From Eledone cirrhosa (taxonomy: Eukaryota): a stretch of DNA of 64,000 nucleotides. A program made the translations under genes and the position numbers. Where the stretch lies: contig OZ024740.1 of the NCBI GenBank assembly GCA_964016885.1, positions 59,210,001 through 59,274,000 on the forward strand, written 5' to 3'. Positions 1-10,104 of the stretch are shown piece by piece. The notes under the pieces were generated by a model. It saw only the letters and a program-made list of their open reading frames with translations, made no database searches and was not told the origin of the DNA. Positions within the stretch are counted from its first letter, which is position 1. Each line of letters begins with the position of its first letter.

Positions 1-2070
1 AAAAGACTAGCATGGAAGGCTTGGAATAAGGGTGGGAGTAGGGAAGAATATACAGCCACTAAGAGAGAAGCTAGACGTCAGGTGTACTTAGCACGCAGGG
101 AGGCAGAGAGTAGGAGGTTTGCCAATGTTCTGCGACGGGAAGATCAGAGGCGTGCGGTGTTCCACATTGCAAGGCAGTGTGTCAATGCAAATCAGGATGT
201 TGTTGGTGATAAATGTGTCCGGGATGATGCCGGTGTACTTAGTGTCACGAATGACCAGAAAAAGGAGGCCTGGAAATGTCATTATGAGAGACTGATGAAT
301 GTGGAGAACGAATGGGGGAGAGAGAAATTACCCTTGGTAGATCCGACAGAGGGACTAGCTATTGAGATTGATGAATATAGGGTCCAAGAGGCGATTAGGG
401 AAATGAAAAATGGTAAGGCGGCCGGACCATCGGGAATAGTTGCTGAGATGCTGAAGGCATCAGGGGACGTAGGCACTAAACTGGTTGCACGCATAATCAA
501 TCAGGCTATATATGGTGGTGTCATACCCAAAGACTGGTGCAGCAGTATTCTCATAAATTGCTACAAAGGTAAAGGGGATGCTTTGGAGAGGAGCAATTAT
601 AGGGGTATAAAACTGATAGATCAGGTTATGAAAGTGGCAGAAAGGATTTTAGCACAACTAATTAGAGAAAGGGTCAAACTAGATGAGATGCAGTTTGGTT
701 TTGTGCCTGGGAAGAGTACAACAGATGCCCTCTTCTTGGTGAGACAAATGCAAGAGAGGTTCTTAGAGAAGAATAAGCCACTATACTTAGCCTTTGTTGA
801 CTTAGAGAAGGCCTTTGATAGGGTACCCCGATCTGTCATCTGGTGGTCCCTAAGGAAGCTGGGTGTTGAGGAATGGCTTGTAAGGACAGTGCAAACTTTG
901 TACAGAGGTACTCTCAGTAAAGTCAGGGTAGGAATGGAGTTTAGTGAGGAATTCCAGATACAAGTAGGAGTACATCAGGGTTCGGTCCTCAGCCCGCTCT
1001 TGTTCATTATAGTCCTCCAAGCCATAACAGAGGAGTTTAAGACTGGCTGTCCATGGGAACTTCTCTATGCTGACGATCTGGCTCTTATGGCAGAATCAGT
1101 AGAGGAGCTAGAGAATAAATTCCGGCTATGGAAACAGCAGTTGGAAGCAAGAGGACTGAGAGTAAATCTAGCTAAGACAAAAGTGTTGATGAGTAGAAAA
1201 GAGGACAAAACCCTGATTCCGTCAGGGAAATGGCCATGTTCGATATGCAGAAAAGGAACTGGCATAAATTCTATAAAATGCACACAATGTAGGTCCTGGG
1301 TACACAAGAGATGTAGCGGGATAGCAGGCAAACTAACAGGTAGGGAGAAATATGTATGCAGTAGATGTACAGGGAAATTAGACAGTAGAAGTCGCACTGA
1401 TAGACACATTTTTCAAATGCGAGAGGGCGCTATAGAAGTGGTGGATAGCTTCCGGTACCTAGGAGATCAGATTAGCATGGGAGGAGGGTGTTCCGAGGCC
1501 ATAGTATCTAGAATAAGGACGGGTTGGAAGAAGTTTAGGGAGCTGCTTCCTCTGTTGACGAAGAAGGGTTTCTCCCTGCGTACGAAAGGCCGGTTGTATG
1601 ATGCCTGTGTGAGGAGCGCGATGCTGCATGGTAGTGAGACATGGGCAGCTACCGCAGAAGATATGCGACGGCTGGAGAGAAATGAGGCAAGCATGCTCCG
1701 TTGGATGTGCAGTGTAAATGTGCGTGAACGACCCAGCATAAATGTGTTGAGAGAGAAACTGTGTCTGAGAGGGATAGAATGTAGTGTACGGGAGAGGAGA
1801 CTGAGGTGGTATGGACATGTGATGCGCATGGAGGATGACCGATGGGTGAAGAAGTGCCAGGAAATGCCAGTTGAAGGAAGACGTGGTAGAGGTAGACCAC
1901 GAAAAACATGGGCGGAGGTGGTGAGAACAGACCTCAGATCATTGAAGCTCACGGTGGAGATGACGAGGGACCGTGACGAGTGGAGAGATGCTGTGCTGAA
2001 TAAGACCCGTCCCACCCTTGCAAGCAGGGAAAAGCGGACGTAAAATGATGATGATGATGATGATGATGAT
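1..2070 (+). mobile_element. RTE-clade LINE, family A, 3' part (runs off the window start), (GAT)n tail
   Basis: RT ORF ends KTRPTLASREKRT* and runs directly into TAAAATGATGATG...; near-identical to 23702-26620. Confidence 0.92.
82..2043 (+). CDS. RTE ORF, reverse transcriptase part with inserted PHD-type finger (frame probably begins upstream of the window)
   Basis: NYRGIKL, QFGF, FVDLEKAFDRV, GVHQGSVLSPLLF, LYADD, C4HC3 finger at 1237-1368, RRLRWYGHV, RGRGRPRKTW. Confidence 0.92.
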   Translation: MYLARREAESRRFANVLRREDQRRAVFHIARQCVNANQDVVGDKCVRDDAGVLSVTNDQKKEAWKCHYERLMNVENEWGREKLPLVDPTEGLAIEIDEYRVQEAIREMKNGKAAGPSGIVAEMLKASGDVGTKLVARIINQAIYGGVIPKDWCSSILINCYKGKGDALERSNYRGIKLIDQVMKVAERILAQLIRERVKLDEMQFGFVPGKSTTDALFLVRQMQERFLEKNKPLYLAFVDLEKAFDRVPRSVIWWSLRKLGVEEWLVRTVQTLYRGTLSKVRVGMEFSEEFQIQVGVHQGSVLSPLLFIIVLQAITEEFKTGCPWELLYADDLALMAESVEELENKFRLWKQQLEARGLRVNLAKTKVLMSRKEDKTLIPSGKWPCSICRKGTGINSIKCTQCRSWVHKRCSGIAGKLTGREKYVCSRCTGKLDSRSRTDRHIFQMREGAIEVVDSFRYLGDQISMGGGCSEAIVSRIRTGWKKFRELLPLLTKKGFSLRTKGRLYDACVRSAMLHGSETWAATAEDMRRLERNEASMLRWMCSVNVRERPSINVLREKLCLRGIECSVRERRLRWYGHVMRMEDDRWVKKCQEMPVEGRRGRGRPRKTWAEVVRTDLRSLKLTVEMTRDRDEWRDAVLNKTRPTLASREKRT

Positions 2071-2280
2071 ATATGATATATAATATATATATGATATATA
2101 ATATATATATGATATATAATATATATTTATATATACATATATATATATGATATATAATACATATATGATATATAATATATATTTATATATGATATATAAT
2201 ATATATATATATATATATGATATATAATATTTATATATATATATACGATATATATATATATATATATAATATATATATAT

Positions 2281-2500
2281 AGGAACGATCGACTTTCGTC
2301 AAATCGGACCGAGGGAACAATGTTTCCGTTGGTCTTTCCAATTGCTAATACTATCTATCGGGCGCAACTCCAGGTAGAAGGAGCAACGTGAAATAAAGTG
2401 TCTTGCTCAAGGACATAACGCATCGCCTGGTCCAGGAATCGAACTCACAACCTTACGATTGCGAATCCAATTCTCTAACCACTCAGCCACACGCCTTCAC
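2281..2500 (-). mobile_element. tRNA-derived SINE fragment with CORE-like segment
   Basis: Minus strand: A box TGGCTGAGTGG, B box GTTCGATTCC, then GTCCTTGAGCAAGACACTTTATTTCAC, shared with the SINE at 2605-2949. Confidence 0.8.
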
Positions 2501-2604
2501 TATAATATATATATATATAATATATATATAATATATAATATATATGATATATAATATATAATATATATATATATGATATATATTATATATATATATATAT
2601 AATA

Positions 2605-2949
2605 TCATCATCATCATCATTTCATTTTACGTACGCTTTTCCCTGCTTGCAAGGCTGGGACGGGAACTGATTCTGGCTTGATTTCTACAGCTGGATTCCC
2701 TTCGTAACACCAACCTCATTTACAGTGAGTGCTGGGTGCTTTTTTGCCGTGGCACCTCCACGACCACTTTGCAGTGGAATGATAGGGACCTCAGTCCCTA
2801 TCATCTCATTTCTACAGCTGAGTAAACTGGAGCAATGTGAAATAAAGTGTCTTGCTCAAGGGAACAACACATCACCCAGTCTGAGAATTGAACTCACAAC
2901 CTTTCGATTGCAAGGCCAATGCTCTAACCACTAAGGCATGTGCCTCCAT
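2605..2949 (-). mobile_element. tRNA/CORE-like SINE with RTE-derived body and (GAT)n tail
   Basis: tRNA-like head (TAGTGGTTAGAGC...GAGTTCAATTC), CORE-like segment, RTE-B-like 3'UTR piece, RTE-A-like terminus; second copy at 62705-63045. Confidence 0.88.
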
Positions 2950-2991
2950 ATATATATATATAATATATATATATATATAATATATATATAT

Positions 2992-3686
2992 ACCTGGGCG
3001 CTGAAGGTGGAAGACTTACGTAGATTAGAGAGAAACAAAGCCTGCATGCTCCGATGGACGTGTAACAGTAATATACGTGAACGACAAAGCATAAATGAAT
3101 TGAGAGAGAGACTGAGCATAAGAGGAATCAAATGCTGTGTGCAGGAGAGGCGGTTGCGCTGGTATGGACATGTGATGCGTATGAAGGATGACAGCTGCAT
3201 AAAAAGGTGCAGAGCACTAGAAGTTGATGGAAACCGCAGAGTGGGGAGACCCAAGATGACCTGGGATGAGGTGATAAAAGCCAACCTTACCCAATTACAC
3301 CTCTCAAAGACAATGACACACGACCGTGACTTCTGGCGTCACGCAGTAATACAGAGTACCCGACCTCCCATGGGTACATGCTGAAGCATATAAACAATAT
3401 GTCCCCACACCACCCACCGCAAGGTGGTCGTGGAGGTGCCACGGCAAAAAAGCACCCAGCCCACACTGTAAAGTGGACGTGTAGGCGCCACGAAAAAGCA
3501 CCCAGCACTCACTGTAAATGAGGTTGGTGTTAGGAAGGGCATCCAGCTGTAGAAATCAAGCCAGATCAGTTCCTGTATGAGCAAGGCATGGTCAGCCGAC
3601 CAGACACTGCACACAACAGGACAACCCGTCTAACCCATGCTAGCGTGGAAGAACGGACGTAAAACGGTGATGATGATGATGATGAT
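2992..3686 (+). mobile_element. RTE family B, 5'-truncated copy
   Basis: TWALKVEDLRRLER...TRPPMGTC*, family B 3'UTR, (GAT)n tail. Confidence 0.92.
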
Positions 3687-3895
3687 ATATATGATATATA
3701 ATATATATATATGTAATATATATATATTTATATATATGATATATATATATATATATTATATATAATATATATAATATATATATATATGATATAAATATAT
3801 ATATACATTATATATAATATATATATATGATATATGATATATAATATATATAATATTATATATAATATATATATATGATATATGATATATAATAT

Positions 3896-4419
3896 ATGGG
3901 TCTGGACGGGAATTGTCCCACTTGAGTCAAGATTGCTCAGGACTATCTGGCGCGTTTTGTACGGCTGGATGCCCTTCCTAACACCAACCACGTTTACAGT
4001 GTGGACTGGGAGGTTTTATGTTACGGTACGAAGAAGAGACTGACTAATACATAGTTAAAATTTCAAGCAAATCGGTCTGACGTAACGCCTCAAAAAACCT
4101 CTAAAAATGTTAAACAACGCAGTCTTTCACCTAGGAGATGAAAAAAGTGGAATTTTTTTATGTGCAATCCCTGACGCATGTAAAGTTTAAAAAAAATCTC
4201 TGGGTACTTCTCGAGTGACCAACACAGACATCCACAGAGAATTGACATAATGCAGACAAACAGACATACAAATTTGAAATTCTCTTTGTTCAGAACACTC
4301 CCTGAAACATAAGTATTACATGTGTAAAGTTTGACAACAGTCGGTTGGGTGGTTCTCGAATTTCAGGAATTCGAACTCACACACACACAGACAGACATCC
4401 TCAATTTTATATATATAGA
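3896..4419 (-). mobile_element. Helitron-head/RTE-tail chimeric element, copy 1 (tail end clipped)
   Basis: Minus strand starts TCTATATATATAAAATTGAGGATGTCTGTC and ends in RTE 3'UTR sequence containing GGAAGGGCATCC. Confidence 0.7.
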
Positions 4420-5058
4420 TATATATGATATATACTATATATATATATGATATATAATATATATATATATGATATATAATATATATATATGATATATAAT
4501 ATATATATATATATATATGATATATAATATATGATATATAATATATATATATGATATATAATATATATATATGATATGTAATATATATATATATATATGA
4601 TATATAATATATATCTGATATATAATATATATGAATATATATGATATATAATATATATATGATGATATATAATATATATATATATATGATATATATAATA
4701 TATATATATGATATATAATATATATATATGTGATATATCTATAACATATATAATATATATATATATGATATATAATATATATACATGATAAATAATATAT
4801 ATATATGATATATAATATATATATATATATGATATATAATATATATATATATATGATATATAATATAAATATATATATGATATATAATATATATATATAT
4901 ATGATTTATAATATATATATATGATATATAATATATATATATGATATATAATATATATAAGATATATAATATATATATATATATATGATATATAATATAT
5001 ATATATATGATATATAATATATATATATGATATATATATATGATATATATATATGATA

Positions 5059-6016
5059 TGAAACAGCAAGCAAACAGCCACAGGAAACAAGTACCACCAA
5101 TCTCTGGGAGGGCCCTGTAGAAACAGTAGACAGCTTCTGCTACCTAGGTGACCGAATTAGCAACGGAGGTGGGTGCTCAGAAAGTACAATAACTAGGGTA
5201 AGAACGGGATGGAAGAAGTTTAGGGAACTACTACCACTGCTAGCTGCAAAAGGCTTCTCCCTCAGAATGAAAGGCAGACTGTATGATGCGTGTATCCGAA
5301 CAGCGATGTTGCATGGTAGTGAGACCTGGGCGCTGAAGGTGGAAGACTTACGTAGATTAGAGAGAAACGAAGCCTGCATGCTCCGATGGATGTGTAACAG
5401 TAATATACGTGAACGACAAAGCATAAATGAATTGAGAGAGAGACTGAGCATAAGAGGAATCAAATGCTGCGTGCAGGAGAGGCGGTTACGCTGGTATGGA
5501 CATGTGATGCGTATGAAGGATGACAGCTGCATAAAAAGGTGCAGAGCACTAGAAGTTGATGGAAACCGCGGAGTGGGGAGACCCAAGATGACTTGGGATG
5601 AGGTGATAAAAGCCGACCTTACCCAACTACACCTCTCAAAGTCAATGACACACGACCGTGACATCTGGCGTCACGCAGTAATACAGGGTACCCGACCTCC
5701 CATGGGTACATGCTGAAGCATATAAACAATATGCCCCCCCCCCACCGCAAGGTGGTCGTGGAGGTGCCACGGCAAAAAAGCACCCAGCCCACACTGTAAA
5801 GTGGACGTCTAGGCGCCACGAAAAAGCACCCAGCACTCACTGTAAATGAGGTTGGTGTTAGGAAGGGCATCCAGCTGTAGAAATCAAGCCAGATCAGTTC
5901 CTGTATGAGCAAGGCATGGTCAGCCGACCAGACACTGCCCACAACAAGACAACCCGTCTAACCCATGCTAGCGTGGAAGAACGGACGTAAAACGGTGATG
6001 ATGATGATGATGATGA
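5059..6016 (+). mobile_element. RTE family B, 5'-truncated copy
   Basis: Matches the 3' ~950 bp of the full-length B element; ORF 5267-5716; (GAT)n tail. Confidence 0.93.
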
Positions 6017-6040
6017 ATATATATATATATATAATATATG

Positions 6041-6071
<31 letters not shown>

Positions 6072-6224
6072 AATATATAATATATAATATATATATATAA
6101 TATATAATATATATATATAATATATAATATAATATATAATATATATATATATATATAATATATATATATATAATATATATAATATATAATATATATATAT
6201 ATATATATATAATATATATATATA

Positions 6225-6256
<32 letters not shown>

Positions 6257-6391
6257 ATATATATATATGATATATAATATATATATGATATATAATATAT
6301 ATATGATATATCATATATATATATATAATATATAATATATATATATATGATATATAATATATATAATATATATATGATATCTGTATCATAT

Positions 6392-6568
6392 CACACTGTA
6401 AATGTGGTTGGTGTTAGGAAGGGCATCCAACTGTAGAAAACCTGCCAGACAGTCCTATGCGAGCAAGAAAATCACTCTTGCCTCAAGTGGGACTACCCCC
6501 GTCCAAACCCATGCAAGCATGGAACACGGACGTTAAACGTTGATGATGATGATGATGATGATGATGAT
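6392..6568 (+). mobile_element. RTE family C 3'-terminal mini-copy
   Basis: CACTGTAAATGTGGTTGGTGTTAGGAAGGGCATCC...GGACGTTAAACGTTGATGATG. Confidence 0.88.
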
Positions 6569-6607
6569 ATGATATATAATATATATATGAAATATAATAT
6601 ATATATG

Positions 6608-6638
<31 letters not shown>

Positions 6639-6688
6639 GATATATAATATATATATATATATGATATATATATATACATGATATATAT

Positions 6689-7390
6689 CATCATCATCAT
6701 CGTTTAACGTCCATCTTCCACGCTAGCATGGGTCTGGACGGGAATTGTTCCACTTGAGGTAAGATTGCTCAGGACTGTCTGGCGGGTTTTATATGGCTGG
6801 ATGCCCTTCCTAACACCAACCACGTTTACAGTGTGGACTGGGAGGTTTTTATCGTGTTACCTACACGTCCATATGACAGCGTGGACTGTGTGTTATGGTA
6901 TGAAGAAGAGACTGACTAATACATAGTTACATTTTCAAGGAAATCAGTCTGACGTAACGCCTCAAAAAACCTCTAAAAGTGTTAAACAACGCAGTTTTTC
7001 ACCTAATGCTGGCCCCAGGAGATACAAAAAGTATTACACATGTAAAGTTTAAAAAAAATCGGATGGGTACTTCTCGAGTACCCAACGCAGACATCCTCAG
7101 GGAAGGGACGTAATGCAGACAGCCAGACATACAGACAGATATTATAAGGCACAACGTTATAAGTATCTATCTAAAAAGAGAAATACTAAGAATTATAGAG
7201 CGAGATCGCTAAATCGTCTAATGTGGTCCCTGGGACATAAAAAATTTGAAATTCTTTTTGCTCAGAACACTCCGTGAAACATAAGTTTACATGTGTAAAG
7301 TTAGACAACAGTCGGTTGGGTGGTTCTCGAATTTCAGGGATTCAAACTCACACACACACAGACAGACATCCTCAGTTTTATATATATAGA
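6689..7390 (-). mobile_element. Helitron-head/RTE-tail chimeric element, copy 2
   Basis: TC-TATATATAAAACTGAGGATGTC start at 7390, about 490 bp similar to the Helitron at 62.1-62.7 kb, about 200 bp RTE-C-like 3'UTR, (GAT)n tail. Confidence 0.75.
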
Positions 7391-7509
7391 TATATATATA
7401 TATGATATATACTATATATATATATATGATATATAATATATATATATAGAAATGATATATAATATATATATATGATATATAATATATATATATGATATAT
7501 AATATATAT

Positions 7510-9065
7510 CATCATCATCATCAACGTTTAACGTCCGTGTTCCACGCTTGCATGGGTTTGGACGGGGGTATTCCCACTTGAGGCAAGAGTGATTGTCTTG
7601 CTCGCATAGGACTGTCTGGCAGGTTTTCTACAGTTGGATGCCCTTCCTAACACCAACCACATTTACAGTGTGGGGCTGGGAGGTTTTTACCGTGTTGCCT
7701 ACACGACCACATTACAGCGTGGACTGGGTGTTTTTTTGTTGTGACACCTACACGATCTCATTTGTTTCGGCCTGGATGGTGTGGCACCAACATAACTTTA
7801 CATAGAAGGGGGCGGTGTGGATGGGGTGGGGTGGTGGGACGGGGGGTGTATTTTGTTAGAGATGCCTACTGAGTGTAGTAGGTTTTACTAAGTATTTAGG
7901 TAAGGCGGGTCTTCTCTATTACTGAGTACCGCCAAAGGTCTCGGTCCAGTGACATTGTCCTGGAGAGGTGTAAGTGTGTGAGGTCGGAGTTTATCAGCTC
8001 GTCCCAGGTTTTTCTAGGTCTGCCTATTCCGTGGCTACCGTCTATCTTTATTGCCCTGCACTTTGTTATACAGCTATCGACTTTCATGCGCATCACGTGT
8101 CCATACCAACGTAGCCTTCTCTCGAGTAAACAACATCTGATCCCTCTTATTTCTAATTTTTTCCTTAGTTCGTTTATGCTTTGCCGTTCACGTATATTAC
8201 TATTACACATCCAGCGGAGCATGCAAGCTTCGTTCCTCTCTAGTCTGCGTATATCCTCTGCACACAATGCCCAGGTCTCACTGCCATGCAACATTGCTGT
8301 TCGTATGCAGGCATCATACAACCTGCCTTTCATTTTTAGGGAGAACCCTTTAGCGGCTAATAGTGGTATAAGCTCTCTGAACTTTTTCCATCCAGTTCTG
8401 ACTCTAGCTACTGTACTTTCAGATCACCCTCCCCCACTGCTGATTTTGTCACCCAGGTAACGGAAGCTGTCCACTATTTCTATAGAGCCCTCTGCGCAGT
8501 TGAAAGAGCTAGTATTTTGTGGGCACTTGCTGCTACTTATTGCACCATAGCACCGGCCACATGTGAAATCTATGTTCTTAGTTAGCTTACCTGTGATCCC
8601 ACTACATCTTTTATGCACCCATACTTTGCATTTCTGACACAAAATGGAGTTTCTACCTACGCCTTTCCTACACACTGAGCATGGCCACTTCCCAGAAGGG
8701 ACTGCCGCCTTATTTTCTTTCCTACAAATTAGAACTTTGGTCTTAGCCAGGTTAATTTTAAGGCCTTTTGATTCTAGGCCGTGCTTCCATGTTTGGAATT
8801 TCTTCTCTAGCTCGGCCATTGATTCAGCTATGAGTGTTAGGTCGTCTGCGTATAGGGGTTCCCATGGGCAGCCGGTCTTGAACTCCTCTGTTATAGCCTG
8901 AAGGGCAATAATAAATAGTAGGGGGCTGAGAACAGAGCCCTGATGGACGCCAACTTTTACGCTAAACTCTTCACTATATTCGTTGTCAATTCTAAGCTTG
9001 CTGACTGTTTCTTTATACATGGCTTGTATAGCTCTCACAAGCCATTCGTCGACACCTAGTTTTCT
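7510..9065 (-). mobile_element. RTE family C, 5'-truncated copy with a premature stop
   Basis: ORF pieces 8424-9038 (YADD, PHD finger) and 7896-8333 ending EKTRLT*; family C 3'UTR and tail. Confidence 0.92.
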
Positions 9066-9861
9066 ATGATATATATATATATGATATATAATACATATAT
9101 ATATATGATATATAATATATATATATATATATAAGATATATTATATATATATATATGATATATAATATATATATATATATGATATATAATATATATATAT
9201 GATATATAATACATATATATATATATGATATATAATATATATATATATGATATATAATATATATATATGATATATATATATGATATATAATATATATATA
9301 TATGATATAATATATATATATATATATGATATATAATATATAATATATATATATATAATATATATATATATACGATATATAATATATTATATATATATAT
9401 ATAATGTATAATATATATATATATAATATATATATATGATATATAATATATAATATATATATATATAATATATAATATATATATATAATATATAATATAA
9501 TATATAATATAATATATAATATAATATATAATATAATATATAATATAATATATAATATAATATATAATATAATATATCATATATATAATATATAATATAG
9601 ATATATATATAATATATATATATATATGATATATATATATATATAATATATATATATATAATATATAATATATATATATATGATATATATATATAATATA
9701 TATATATATATTGTTATACTTTGGGAGGGTCATGTTGCCAATAAGAAACACACGCACCAGTTGCTTTCACTTCAATTTATTATAATAAATTTATAAATTG
9801 ACGAATTTATAAATTTCCGGTTGGTTGGCTGGTTCCACAACCGGATGGTTGTTTATATATT

Positions 9862-9904
9862 GTCAAAGTTCTTTCGTCACACATTCTGTGACCTCTTCAG
9901 TGAC
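9862..9904 (-). ncRNA. Minimal type I hammerhead ribozyme in the PLE 3' region
   Basis: GUCA-CUGAAGA-G-GUCACA gaaug UGUGAC-GAAA-G aa C-UU-UGAC on the minus strand. Confidence 0.72.
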
Positions 9905-10104
9905 TGGGGATTCTTTTCTTTGTTTTTGTGCCTCTCCTTTGTTCTGTCCTACGCCATTTTGTTTCTGTGTGTGTTTTGTGTGCTCAGTCTGCGCATGTGC
10001 CACATCCGGGTGTCTGTGTGTGTTTATATTCGTTTATTTATTTGTTTATTTACATGTTACAGGTTGGTTGTTTGTTCTATGTGCATGTGTGTTTTCATTT
10101 GTCC

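Noticed and set aside
2870-2949. tRNA genes at SINE heads (also 2425-2500 and 62965-63045)
   Set aside because: No complete cloverleaf; each continues into SINE body sequence
5755-5800. Pistol ribozyme (CGUGG-loop-CCACG followed by an A-run)
   Set aside because: Only the first stem resembles pistol; there is no P2/P3 arrangement or conserved cleavage-site context
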